DNA from: an uncultured Planctomycetia bacterium
Lineage (GTDB): Bacteria > Omnitrophota > Gorgyraeia > JABMRN01 > RBG-13-46-9
NCBI GenBank assembly: GCA_964440235.1
Contig: CAYTQI010000002.1
Location: 36,686-98,173, forward strand
DNA: 61,488 nt
Direction: 5' to 3'
Part shown: positions 8,850-19,001 of the stretch, one piece after another
Position numbering within the stretch: position 1 is the first letter of the stretch
How the letters are laid out: each line of letters opens with the position of its first letter
Notes under the pieces: generated by a model
The model's database searches: none
Told to the model about the DNA's origin: nothing
Seen by the model: the letters and a program-made list of their open reading frames with translations, nothing else
Translations under genes and position numbers: made by a program

Positions 8850-10061
8850 ATGAAGTACATAGTTCTGGTCGGTGACGGGATGAGTGATCGGCCAATCGAC
8901 GAGTTGAACGGGCGTACGCCGTTGGAGGTTTCTCATTGCCGGAACATGGATGAAATTGTGGAAAAAGGCCGGATCGGCACCGCCTCTACCGTTCCAAAGG
9001 GCATGATACCGGCCAGTGACGTTGCGAATCTTTCAATACTTGGCTATGATCCAAAGAAATATTATTCCGGAAGAGGGCCGCTGGAAGCTGAGAATATAGG
9101 CGTTAATTTAGGCGAAAAAGATATTGCTTTCAGATGCAACCTTGTTACCGAAGCCGGGGATAAAATGGTAGATTATTCCGCCGGGCATATAACCTCGAAA
9201 GAGGCGCAGGTCCTCATGGAAGCGATAGATAAGGAGCTTGGCAGCGAGAGTGTAAAATTTTATCACGGCATAAGCTACAGAAACCTTATGGTTTTAAAGG
9301 CAAAATTCAAGGAAGAGGCGCTAAAATTTTCTAAAATAAAATGCATGCCGCCTCATGATATAATGAATAAAAATATTTCAAAAAACCTTCCCAGGGGTGA
9401 AGGGCAAAAAATACTGATAGGATTGATGAAAAAGTCCCGGGAAATCCTTGCGCATACGGATGTCAACAAAGTCAGAATAGACCTGGGCGAAAATCCCGCC
9501 AGCATGATATGGTTGTGGGGGCCGGGTGGAAAACCTGAGATGCCTCTTTTTAAGGATCTTTACGGCGTGAAAGGTTCGATAATTTCGGCGGTAGACCTTA
9601 TTAAGGGCATTGGCAAGATAATAGGCCTGGACGTGATAAATGTGCCGGGCGCCACCGGATATTACGATACCAATTACATCGGAAAGGGCGAATACGCGCT
9701 TAAAGCCCTTGAGGAAAAGGATTTTGTATTCGTACATGTAGAGGCGCCTGATGAAGCGGGCCATAATGGTGATATCAGAGAAAAAATCGCGGCCATAGAA
9801 AATTTCGATAAATTTGTGGTGGGAAAGATTTGGGGGGAATTTAAGAAAAAGAAGAATTTCAGGATAATGGTTTTACCGGACCACGCGACCCCGATATCCT
9901 GCAGGACGCATACTATCGACCCGATACCTTTCGCGATTTGCGGCGAGGATATCACGCCTGACGGGGCTCACGTTTTTACGGAAGCCGCTTCCCGGGCCGC
10001 CAAATTTAATGTCGGCGAAGGATGGCTTTTGATGAAATACCTGATTCACGCGAGGGTATAG
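8850..10061 (+). CDS. apgM: ApgM-family cofactor-independent phosphoglycerate mutase homolog (possible homoserine kinase substitute, TIGR02535-like)
   Basis: KYIVLVGDGMSD, PASDVANLSILGYDP, FVFVHVEAPDEAGH, VLPDHATP; located in the hom/thrC/lysC cluster. Confidence 0.9.
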   Translation: MKYIVLVGDGMSDRPIDELNGRTPLEVSHCRNMDEIVEKGRIGTASTVPKGMIPASDVANLSILGYDPKKYYSGRGPLEAENIGVNLGEKDIAFRCNLVTEAGDKMVDYSAGHITSKEAQVLMEAIDKELGSESVKFYHGISYRNLMVLKAKFKEEALKFSKIKCMPPHDIMNKNISKNLPRGEGQKILIGLMKKSREILAHTDVNKVRIDLGENPASMIWLWGPGGKPEMPLFKDLYGVKGSIISAVDLIKGIGKIIGLDVINVPGATGYYDTNYIGKGEYALKALEEKDFVFVHVEAPDEAGHNGDIREKIAAIENFDKFVVGKIWGEFKKKKNFRIMVLPDHATPISCRTHTIDPIPFAICGEDITPDGAHVFTEAASRAAKFNVGEGWLLMKYLIHARV

Positions 10062-10064
10062 TGT

Positions 10065-11702
10065 ATGGGGTCGATAATAGTAATAATAGCCGGGTCCGCG
10101 TTATTTCTTTTTGGATATCTTTTCTACAGTAAAAAAATAGAGAAATTTCTCAGGATCAACCCGGGCAGAAAAACACCCGCCTATACGAAGTACGATGGGG
10201 TGGATTATGTTCCGGCCAGGCACTGGTCGGTTCTTTTCGGGCATCATTTCGCGTCCATAGCGGGAGCGGCCCCGATAATAGGCCCGGTACTCGCTATTTC
10301 CATCTGGGGCTGGGCGCCTACGCTGATTTGGGTAGTGCTGGGAAGCATATTTATAGGCGGATTGCATGACTATCTGGCGCTTTTCATTTCAGTCAGGCAT
10401 GGCGGTACTTCCGTAGCCGATATTGCCAAAGACGCCATATCAAAAAACGCGAAAATCGTTTTTTTAATTTTTTTGTGGCTTACGCTCATTCTCATAATCT
10501 CGGTATTTGTAAATATTTGCGCCAGGACCTTTGTCGTGAAACCGGCGATAGTACTTCCGTCACTCGGGCTTATTCCCGTCGCGGTTTTCGTGGGTTTTCT
10601 GCTTTATAACCTGAGGATTAATCAGGCTGTGGCCACGATTTTGGGGCTTTTTTTTCTGGGTATCCTTATGTTTTTGGGAAAAATATTCCCGATAACGCTC
10701 GGACAGAATGCTTTGCGTATCTGGAGCGCAGTTCTCCTCATTTATGCTTTTACCGCGAGCGTTACACCGGTCAATATACTTCTTCAGCCAAGGGACTATC
10801 TTGCGAGTTACCTTCTTTTGTTCGGTATTATTTTTGGATACACCGGGCTTTTGATAACCCGGCCCGAATTAAATTTTCCGGCGTTTCTCGGACAAAGCCA
10901 GGAAATGAACGCCCTCCCTTTATGGCCTGTTCTTTTTGTTACGGTTGCCTGCGGGGCGATAAGCGGGTTTCATTCCGTGGTAGCCAGCGGTACCACGTCA
11001 AAGCAGCTTGCCAATGAAAAAGACGCGAGAAAGATAGGATATGGGGCGATGCTCGCCGAAGGTATTCTCGCCATGCTTGCCATACTGGTTATCGCGGCGG
11101 CTTTCAAGGACAGAAATATTTTAAATTCTATGGTGAATAAAGGGGCCGGTCCGGTAGGCGCCTTCGCTGTGGGTTATAGCGCGGTCACAAAAATTTTTCT
11201 TGGTAATTTTGGAGGCATTTTTGCTATGCTGATACTCAACGCCTTTATTCTTACTACGCTGGATACAGCAACGAGAATAACGCGGTATCTCACACAGGAG
11301 CTTTTTAGAATAAAAAATCGTTTCACCGCGACCATAATCGTAGTGGCGCTTTCGGGATGGCTCGGATTGAGCGGGCAATGGAATGAGATTTGGCCGATTT
11401 TCGGTTCCGCGAACCAGCTTATTGCCGCCCTTACGCTGATTGTTGTTACGAGCTGGTTTCTTTCAAGGAGAAGGGTATTTTTTTATACGCTTATTCCTAT
11501 GCTTTTCATGCTGGCTACGGCATCAGGCGCCCTCATACTGAAGATTAAGGAATACAGCGTTACAAACAATATGTTACTTCTGGTTATTTCAGTTGCGCTT
11601 TTGTTCCTTGCCGGTTTTGTTTTTTTCGAGGCGGCGATAGCGATAAAGCGCATATTTAACACGCGAAAAAATTTGTTTGGAGCGGCAAGAGCCAAACATT
11701 AA
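10065..11702 (+). CDS. cstA: Carbon starvation protein A family transporter
   Basis: DGVDYVP...[48 protein letters not shown]. Confidence 0.93.
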   Translation: MGSIIVIIAGSALFLFGYLFYSKKIEKFLRINPGRKTPAYTKYDGVDYVPARHWSVLFGHHFASIAGAAPIIGPVLAISIWGWAPTLIWVVLGSIFIGGLHDYLALFISVRHGGTSVADIAKDAISKNAKIVFLIFLWLTLILIISVFVNICARTFVVKPAIVLPSLGLIPVAVFVGFLLYNLRINQAVATILGLFFLGILMFLGKIFPITLGQNALRIWSAVLLIYAFTASVTPVNILLQPRDYLASYLLLFGIIFGYTGLLITRPELNFPAFLGQSQEMNALPLWPVLFVTVACGAISGFHSVVASGTTSKQLANEKDARKIGYGAMLAEGILAMLAILVIAAAFKDRNILNSMVNKGAGPVGAFAVGYSAVTKIFLGNFGGIFAMLILNAFILTTLDTATRITRYLTQELFRIKNRFTATIIVVALSGWLGLSGQWNEIWPIFGSANQLIAALTLIVVTSWFLSRRRVFFYTLIPMLFMLATASGALILKIKEYSVTNNMLLLVISVALLFLAGFVFFEAAIAIKRIFNTRKNLFGAARAKH

Positions 11703-11722
11703 AAAGGGTAAGAACTAAAATT

Positions 11723-12943
11723 ATGGCGAAGAAACTGATAGTCCAGAAATACGGCGGATCAAGCGTGGCGAATGCGGAAAAAATCATTAGGGTCGCCAAA
11801 CGGATCGTTTCCTACAGGAATAAAGGTTACGATATTGTTGTTGTCGTAAGCGCCCTGGGGGACACTACTGATGAATTACTTGGGCTGGCTTCTGAAATAA
11901 ACCGGACTCCTTCCGAGAGAGAGCTTGACATGCTTATTTCAACAGGCGAACAGGTTTCCGTGTCGCTTCTCGCGATGGCCGTGCATAAACTGGGAAAAGA
12001 GGCAATTTCATTTACCGGCGCCCAAGTTGGAATTATAACCGATTCCTCTCATACAAAAGCGAGGATCCTTGACGTGAACGCTAAGAGGATAAGAGAGGAA
12101 CTTGGTAAGGGGAAAATAGTTGTGGTTGCCGGTTTCCAGGGCGTAAATCTTGACAGGGAAATAACCACTCTGGGTCGCGGCGGTTCCGACATGACAGCTG
12201 TCGCGCTCGCGAAGGTGCTTGGCGCCGATGTTTGCGAAATATATACGGACGTAGACGGCGTTTACACGGCGGATCCCCGCCTGGTGAAAGACGCCAAGAA
12301 ACTTGATATCATAAGTTACGAAGAAATGCTGGAACTTGCCTCGCTGGGAGCGCAGGTGTTGCAGGCTAGAAGTGTTGAGGCGGCCAGTAAATTTAATATA
12401 CCGATTCACGTTAGAAACAGTTTTTCTGATAAGAAGGGCACGTATATAACCAAGGAGGTCAAGATCATGGAAGATGTGCTTGTAAGCGGGATAACTTTGA
12501 CCAAAAATGAGGCCAAGGTAACGGTGTGTGGTGTTCCGGACCGACCTGGTAACGCTGCCCGAATTTTCGGCGAAATGGCAAAAGCCAATATTAATATCGA
12601 CATGATAATTCAAAACGTTTCGAGAACCGGCACGACTGATGTTTCATTTACCGTGGTAACGGGCGATCTCGCTAAAACCTTGAAGGTCATGAAAAAAACA
12701 GCCGCGTCCATAAGCGCTGAAGGTGTAACTTTTGATAAAGGGATAGCCAAGGTATCGGTAGTCGGGATCGGAATGCGCAGCCACTCCGGTATCGCGGCGG
12801 TTATGTTCGGCGCGCTTGCCGAGAAAAAGATAAATATAGAGATGATCTCAACCAGCGAAATAAAAATATCGTGTATCGTGAGAAAAGTAAAAAGCGAAAA
12901 GGCGGTGCGCGTTTTGCACAAGGCCTTCGGGCTGGGAAAGTAA
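11723..12943 (+). CDS. lysC: Aspartate kinase
   Basis: [39 protein letters not shown], two ACT domains. Confidence 0.97.
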   Translation: MAKKLIVQKYGGSSVANAEKIIRVAKRIVSYRNKGYDIVVVVSALGDTTDELLGLASEINRTPSERELDMLISTGEQVSVSLLAMAVHKLGKEAISFTGAQVGIITDSSHTKARILDVNAKRIREELGKGKIVVVAGFQGVNLDREITTLGRGGSDMTAVALAKVLGADVCEIYTDVDGVYTADPRLVKDAKKLDIISYEEMLELASLGAQVLQARSVEAASKFNIPIHVRNSFSDKKGTYITKEVKIMEDVLVSGITLTKNEAKVTVCGVPDRPGNAARIFGEMAKANINIDMIIQNVSRTGTTDVSFTVVTGDLAKTLKVMKKTAASISAEGVTFDKGIAKVSVVGIGMRSHSGIAAVMFGALAEKKINIEMISTSEIKISCIVRKVKSEKAVRVLHKAFGLGK

Positions 12944-12953
12944 GGGGCAAAAT

Positions 12954-14525
12954 ATGAAAGTTGAACTATATGACACGACCCTACGGGACGGCGCTCAGGC
13001 GCAGGGGGTTTCATTTTCCGTTTCAGACAAACTAAGAATTGTCGAGAAACTCAATGCCCTGGGAATCCAATATATTGAGGGCGGATGGCCCGGAGCCAAT
13101 CCAAAAGATATTGATTTTTTTAAAAAAGCGGGAAAACTCAAACTTGCCGGTTCTAAACTGGTTGCTTTCGGAAGCACGATGCGCGCCAATACCGCTGTAT
13201 CAAAAGATGCCACCATGAAAGGGTTGCTGCTTTCCGGGACGGATGTGATAACTTTATTCGGTAAAAGCTGGGACCTGCACGTAAAAGAAGTACTAAAAAC
13301 GACGTTCGGGGAAAACCTCAGGATGATCGAAGAGTCTGTTAGATATCTGAAATCCAAGGGCAAATCCGTGATGTTTGACGCTGAACATTTTTTTGACGGT
13401 TATATGAAAAATCCCGAATACGCCATGAAGACCATTTTTGCCGCCGAAAAGGGCGGCGCGGAAAGAATAATTCTTTGCGATACAAACGGAGGTATGTTGA
13501 CATCGAATATATTCAAGATAGTTAAGGATGTAAGAAAAAAAATAAAAACCCCTCTCGGGATACATACCCATAACGATAACGACATGGCAGTCGCAAATAC
13601 CATAGCGGCGGTCGAGGCGGGTTGTATCCAGGCGCAGGGAACCATAAACGGTTATGGCGAAAGATGCGGCAATGCCGACCTTGTTTCCATTATCGGTAAC
13701 CTTAAGCTGAAACTCGGCGTGGATTGCGTTTCAGATATTTCGCTTAAAGCGTTGACGGAGACGGCGTATTATATCGCAGAGATCTGTAACATGAAATTGA
13801 ATGACACGCAACCCTTTGTGGGGCAAAGCGCCTTTGCGCACAAGGCGGGTGTGCACATAAACGCCATATTGAAAAACCATAGGTCGTATGAACATGTGGA
13901 TCCTGCCATGGTAGGCAACAGAAGAACGCTTCTTATCTCCGAACTTTCGGGTAAGTCCAGCATTCTTAAAAAAGCTGAGGAAATGGATCTGGACCTTGAA
14001 AAGAAGGCGGCAAAGACAAAAAAAATCCTGAAAGCCCTTCAGAAAATGGAATATAAGGGTTATCATTTTGAAGCGGCCGGGGCGTCGCTGGAACTTTTTA
14101 TGAAAAAGTCGGTTAAAAAAATTAAAAAGTTTTTTGAACTTCAGGATTTCCGCGTCATAGTGGAAAAACGCAAAGGCCGCAAAATTACGTCGGAGGCCAC
14201 TATCAAACTGAGTGTTAAGGGAAAACTTGAGCACACGGCTTCTCTCGGTGACGGGCCTGTGGACGCTCTTGACAGGGCTCTTCGGAAGTCGCTTGAGGGT
14301 TTTTACCCGTCTTTAAACGAAATGCACCTTACGGATTTCAAGGTAAGGGTTCTGGATGAAAAGGCGGGCACGGCTGCCAAGGTCAGGGTCTTAATTCAGT
14401 CGCAGGACAAGACGCGGTCATGGTGGACCATCGGTGTATCAGAGAACGTCATCGAGGCCAGCTGGCAGGCACTTATAGATTCGGTCGAGTATAAATTATT
14501 GAAGGATAGCGAGGCATCCACGTAA
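12954..14525 (+). CDS. cimA: Citramalate synthase (LeuA/CimA family)
   Basis: YDTTLRDGAQ, IEGGWPGANPKD, FDAEHFFDG, HTHND, GYGERCGNA, FAHKAGVH. Confidence 0.9.
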   Translation: MKVELYDTTLRDGAQAQGVSFSVSDKLRIVEKLNALGIQYIEGGWPGANPKDIDFFKKAGKLKLAGSKLVAFGSTMRANTAVSKDATMKGLLLSGTDVITLFGKSWDLHVKEVLKTTFGENLRMIEESVRYLKSKGKSVMFDAEHFFDGYMKNPEYAMKTIFAAEKGGAERIILCDTNGGMLTSNIFKIVKDVRKKIKTPLGIHTHNDNDMAVANTIAAVEAGCIQAQGTINGYGERCGNADLVSIIGNLKLKLGVDCVSDISLKALTETAYYIAEICNMKLNDTQPFVGQSAFAHKAGVHINAILKNHRSYEHVDPAMVGNRRTLLISELSGKSSILKKAEEMDLDLEKKAAKTKKILKALQKMEYKGYHFEAAGASLELFMKKSVKKIKKFFELQDFRVIVEKRKGRKITSEATIKLSVKGKLEHTASLGDGPVDALDRALRKSLEGFYPSLNEMHLTDFKVRVLDEKAGTAAKVRVLIQSQDKTRSWWTIGVSENVIEASWQALIDSVEYKLLKDSEAST

Positions 14526-14535
14526 CCGGCAGATT

Positions 14536-17238
14536 ATGCAGGATATCCCAACCAAATATAACCCCAAAGATACCGAGGAGAAGTGGTACAGGTTCTGGGA
14601 AGAAAAAGGTTTTTTTCACGCTGAGGTAAATCCCGGAAAAAAACCATATTGCATCGTGATCCCGCCACCGAATATTACGGGCATCCTTCACATGGGCCAC
14701 GCCCTAAATAATACCATCCAGGACATATATATCAGGTTTAACAAGATGCGTAATTTTGAGGCGCTCTGGATGCCGGGCACTGACCACGCCGGTATCGCTA
14801 CACAGAATGTTGTCGAGAAAAATCTCGCCTCCGAAAATAAAACTAAAGAATCACTCGGCCGCGAAAAATTCCTTAAGGAAGTCTGGAAATGGCGGGAAAA
14901 ATACGGTTCGACAATAATAACGCAACTCAAGAAACTCGGTTGTTCTTGCGACTGGGAGAGAACGCGTTTTACAATGGACGAGGGTCTTTCAAACGCGGTT
15001 TTAGAGGTATTTGTAAAACTCTATGAAAAAAATCTGATCTACAGGGGAAATTACATAATAAACTGGTGCCCGAGATGCAAAACCGCTTTGAGCGATGAGG
15101 AGGCCGCGCATCGGGATATAGACGGCACGCTGTATTACATTAAATACCCGGTCAAGACGGGTGGGAAACAGAAGGTCTCAGGTGGAAAGGATTATGTGAC
15201 GGTGGCGACGACAAGGCCGGAGACAATGCTGGGCGATGTTGCGATATGCGTTAACCCGAAAGATAAGCGTTATAAACACCTGAAGGGCGCTTCAGTAATC
15301 CTTCCCGTTCTCAATCGTGAACTTAAAGTAATTTTTGATGAAAAGGTAGATATCAAGTTCGGGACAGGAGTTTTAAAAGTTACCCCGGCGCATGACCCTG
15401 TTGATTTCACCCTGGGCGTTGCGCACAAGCTTGAACCGATAAATATAATGAACGAGGACGCCACAATAAATGAAGCCGGCCGTGATTTTAAGGGTATGGA
15501 CAGGTTTGAGGCGCGCGAAGCGATTATAGAAAAATTAAAAACAATGGATCTTTTTGTAAAATCAGAACCCCACAAACATTCTGTTGGCCACTGTTACAGG
15601 TGCCATACCATGGTCGAGCCCCGGCTTTCAAGGCAATGGTTCGTAAAAATGAAGCCGCTGGCAAAACCGGCGTTAGAGGCGGTGAAAAAAAGCGAAATTA
15701 AATTTTATCCAAAACGCTGGACAAAGGTATATATTAACTGGATGGAGAATATAAAGGATTGGTGTATTTCGCGGCAAATTTGGTGGGGACACAGGATACC
15801 GGTTTATTATTGCCTCAAGTGCCAAGCGGCGAAAGAAGGCAACCGCCGCGTGAAGGATGAAAATAAGGGTGTGATTGTCTCGAAAACAAAACCCAAAAAG
15901 TGCCCGAAATGCGGCTCTACCGATATTGTGCAGGACCCGGATGTCCTTGATACATGGTTTTCCTCATGGTTATGGCCTTTTTCCACATTTGGATGGCCGT
16001 CTGACACAAAAGGCGAATTAGAATATTTTTATCCCACTGATGTATTGGTTACCGCGCAGGAAATTATATTTTTCTGGGTTGCGCGAATGATAATGGCCGG
16101 CCTTTTATTCATGAAAAAAATACCTTTCAGGGATGTTTATATACACGGCACGGTGAGGGACGATACAGGGACCAAAATGTCAAAGTCGCTGGGAAATATA
16201 ATCGATCCGCTTGAGATTATAGATCAGTTCGGAAGCGACGCCCTTCGGTTCAGCATTATTTCAATTACCGCCCAGGGGCAGGATGTTTTTCTGTCCGCGC
16301 AGAAGTTTGAAATCGGAAGGAATTTCGCCAACAAACTCTGGAATGCGTCCAGGTTCGTCCTTATGAATTTAAAAGAAGGCATGGTGAAAAAAGGCTTGCG
16401 CGGGACGGCAGCCGAACCCGGCTTAACACTCGCGGATAGATGGATATTAAGCAGGTTTTATACGGCGCTCGAAAGTGTCACGAAATCGCTCGAATCATAC
16501 AGAATAAACGACGCCGCGGCGAGAATTTATGATTTCCTGTGGCATGAATACTGCGACTGGTATCTTGAGATCGCCAAGCTTACCATGGGCGAGAGGCATA
16601 CACAGGTTACGCTTTATACGGTGCTGGAAAAATCTTTGCGAGTTTTACATCCGGTGATGCCTTTTATAACGGAGGACATATGGCAGCGCCTGCCGGGTGA
16701 ACGCAGTTCCGGTTCCGTCATGACATCAAAATGGCCTCACACGCAAAAAGCGTTTATAAACGAAAAGGCGGATTCCGAGATGAGGGAGCTGATAAGCATA
16801 ATCCAGTCAATCAGGAATGTAAGAGCGGCGTGGAATATACCGCACGGTAAAGAAATAAGCGTGTTTGTGAAAGTAAAAAATAAGAGAGTCGCCTCTTCAC
16901 TTAACGTGAATGCCACATACGTAAAAAAACTGGCCCGCGTGGAGAAACTGGAAATTTCCGCAACCGCGCAAAAACCCCCGCACGCGGCGCTCGCGGTTAT
17001 AGGTGATACCGAAATATTTGTCCCGTTAGAGGGTGTTATTGATATAGAAAAAGAAAAAAAGCGCCTGGAAAAAAAATACGGCGTTCTTCTTGCGGAACGC
17101 GAGGCGGCCGAAAAGCGCCTTAAAAACAAAAATTTTATTTCCAAAGCTCCCGAAGACGTTATTAAAAAAACCCGGATAAGAAAAGATTTTCTAAAAATAG
17201 AGTTAAGATCCTTGAAAAAAAATATGAGCGCTTTATGA
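14536..17238 (+). CDS. valS: Valine--tRNA ligase
   Basis: PPPNITGILHMGHA (HIGH), DWCISRQIWWGHRIP, KMSKSLGN, C-terminal coiled coil. Confidence 0.98.
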   Translation: MQDIPTKYNPKDTEEKWYRFWEEKGFFHAEVNPGKKPYCIVIPPPNITGILHMGHALNNTIQDIYIRFNKMRNFEALWMPGTDHAGIATQNVVEKNLASENKTKESLGREKFLKEVWKWREKYGSTIITQLKKLGCSCDWERTRFTMDEGLSNAVLEVFVKLYEKNLIYRGNYIINWCPRCKTALSDEEAAHRDIDGTLYYIKYPVKTGGKQKVSGGKDYVTVATTRPETMLGDVAICVNPKDKRYKHLKGASVILPVLNRELKVIFDEKVDIKFGTGVLKVTPAHDPVDFTLGVAHKLEPINIMNEDATINEAGRDFKGMDRFEAREAIIEKLKTMDLFVKSEPHKHSVGHCYRCHTMVEPRLSRQWFVKMKPLAKPALEAVKKSEIKFYPKRWTKVYINWMENIKDWCISRQIWWGHRIPVYYCLKCQAAKEGNRRVKDENKGVIVSKTKPKKCPKCGSTDIVQDPDVLDTWFSSWLWPFSTFGWPSDTKGELEYFYPTDVLVTAQEIIFFWVARMIMAGLLFMKKIPFRDVYIHGTVRDDTGTKMSKSLGNIIDPLEIIDQFGSDALRFSIISITAQGQDVFLSAQKFEIGRNFANKLWNASRFVLMNLKEGMVKKGLRGTAAEPGLTLADRWILSRFYTALESVTKSLESYRINDAAARIYDFLWHEYCDWYLEIAKLTMGERHTQVTLYTVLEKSLRVLHPVMPFITEDIWQRLPGERSSGSVMTSKWPHTQKAFINEKADSEMRELISIIQSIRNVRAAWNIPHGKEISVFVKVKNKRVASSLNVNATYVKKLARVEKLEISATAQKPPHAALAVIGDTEIFVPLEGVIDIEKEKKRLEKKYGVLLAEREAAEKRLKNKNFISKAPEDVIKKTRIRKDFLKIELRSLKKNMSAL

Positions 17239-18017
17239 ACCGGGCGAGCGTGATCCGCCTGCAGGTCGCTATTGCGAGGGCCGGCATTGCCAGCCGCAGG
17301 AAGGCGGCGAAAATTATTGAGGCAGGGCGCGTAAGGGTAAACGGAAAAGTAATCAGTGAAAAAGGCGCGCGTGTAGACCCGGAAAGAGACCGGATAACGT
17401 TTGGCGGCAGATCCCTTAAATTTGAGAAAAAAAAATATTACTATGCCCTGAATAAACCGCCGGGCGTTATTTCTACGGTAGAAGATGAGCGCGGCAGAAA
17501 AAAGGTTTCCGATTATGTAGGGCATGTTCGGAATGGAGTTGTTAAATGCGGCAAAGGGCATATCGGGGCGTCTGAAGGGCCGCGTCTTTATCCGGTCGGC
17601 AGGCTTGATAAGGATACGACGGGACTTATAATTCTGACGAATGACGGTGATTTGACATACCGGCTTACGCATCCAAGGTTCAGGGTTGAAAGGCTTTATG
17701 AGGTGCATGCTATCGGCCGCGTAGAAAAGGAAGATGTATCCCGCCTTAAAAAAGGGGTAATGATAGAAGGGGGCCTTGCCCGGGCGGAGAAAATTATTTT
17801 TCTAAAAAAATCCGCCGCTTTTACCCTCCTCCTGGTAAGCCTTCGAGAGGGTAAAAAAAGGGAAGTGCGAAGAATGTTCGAAGCGGTGGGGCACAGCGTC
17901 GCCGCGCTCAAGCGCATCGCATACGGCACGCTGAAACTAGGGCGCCTGGAGGCAGGAAAAGCAAGAAGACTTACGAAGGACGAAATAAAAAAACTCAAAA
18001 ATTGCGTAAAGCTTTAA
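17235..18017 (+). CDS. rluB: RsuA/RluB-family rRNA pseudouridine synthase with S4 domain
   Basis: S4 domain (GIASRRKAAKIIEAGRVRVNG), LYPVGRLDKDTTGL, LREGKKREVRRMF. Confidence 0.9.
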   Translation: MNRASVIRLQVAIARAGIASRRKAAKIIEAGRVRVNGKVISEKGARVDPERDRITFGGRSLKFEKKKYYYALNKPPGVISTVEDERGRKKVSDYVGHVRNGVVKCGKGHIGASEGPRLYPVGRLDKDTTGLIILTNDGDLTYRLTHPRFRVERLYEVHAIGRVEKEDVSRLKKGVMIEGGLARAEKIIFLKKSAAFTLLLVSLREGKKREVRRMFEAVGHSVAALKRIAYGTLKLGRLEAGKARRLTKDEIKKLKNCVKL

Positions 18018-18136
18018 TACCCCACACCGGGTTGATTTTGAGCGTAGTGAGGGGCATGGGGAATGCGGGCCCGTTAGATGTCTGCATTGAACGGGGCGCG
18101 GGAAAACCACATACGTAAGATTGTGGAGTGCAAAAA

Positions 18137-18994
18137 ATGAAATTAGATAAAAAAAGAACCCTAAATATTATCCGGGCGGCTCTCAAGGAAGACATAGGCG
18201 CCGGTGATGTTACGGCCGTAAGCGCCGTTGGCAGCCTGGAAAGCGTAAAGGCATCTGTTTTAGTGAATGAAGATTGTGTTTTGTGCGGAATAGACGTGGC
18301 CGAATGGACCATGAATGCCCTTGACTGCAGCGTGCGCTTTAAGCCGCAGGCCGGGGACGGACAGCGCATCTATAAAGGGAAAGAAATAATTTTTTTAGAG
18401 GGCCATGCCAGGTCCATCCTTTCGGCCGAAAGGACGATTCTTAATTTTCTTTCTCTGATGAGCGGCGTTGCGACAAAAACCGGTAAATTTGTTGAAAAGA
18501 CAGCCTCCTGCGCCGCCGAAATATACGATACGCGAAAAACCTTCCCGCTTTTAAGATATCTGGAAAAATACGCCGTAAGGACCGGCGGGGGCAGGAATCA
18601 TCGCTTTGGATTATGGGAACAGGTACTCGTGAAGGAAAATCACCTGAAAGCGGCGGATATAGGCACCGGAGAGAATTTTGTCCGTGATTTAAGAAAAAAA
18701 ATCACAAAAAATCTAAAAATTGAAATAGAAGTTGAGAGTTTAGAGCAATTTAAAAGCGTGCTTAAACAACGCCCCGACATTATAATGCTCGACAATATGA
18801 GCGTAAGGGACGCAAAAAAGGCGTGTTTATTGAGAGACAGGGTCAAACCCGCGGGTCCGCCGTTTCTTGAGGTATCGGGCGGAATAAACCTGGATAACGT
18901 GAAAGAATACGCCGAAACAGGCGTTGACAGAATTTCGGTGGGGTCCCTTACGGATTCGGTCGAATCTGTTGACATGAGCATGGAAATAAAATAG
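18137..18994 (+). CDS. nadC: Nicotinate-nucleotide diphosphorylase (carboxylating)
   Basis: ALKEDIGAGDVT, AERTILNFL, DTRKTFP, NHRFGL, DIIMLDNM, EVSGGI. Confidence 0.95.
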   Translation: MKLDKKRTLNIIRAALKEDIGAGDVTAVSAVGSLESVKASVLVNEDCVLCGIDVAEWTMNALDCSVRFKPQAGDGQRIYKGKEIIFLEGHARSILSAERTILNFLSLMSGVATKTGKFVEKTASCAAEIYDTRKTFPLLRYLEKYAVRTGGGRNHRFGLWEQVLVKENHLKAADIGTGENFVRDLRKKITKNLKIEIEVESLEQFKSVLKQRPDIIMLDNMSVRDAKKACLLRDRVKPAGPPFLEVSGGINLDNVKEYAETGVDRISVGSLTDSVESVDMSMEIK

Positions 18995-19001
18995 ACGCTT
19001 G

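Noticed and set aside
17518-17580. ~12-codon insertion in RluB flanked by GGGCAT direct repeats
   Set aside because: The repeat is short and 7-nt periodicity is weak. It cannot be distinguished from an ordinary loop indel without alignments.
16737-17708. 323-aa minus-strand ORF, and the many other minus-strand or alternate-frame ORFs in the track
   Set aside because: They lie wholly opposite or within well-supported genes (here valS/rluB) and have no recognisable motifs. They are treated as shadow ORFs.
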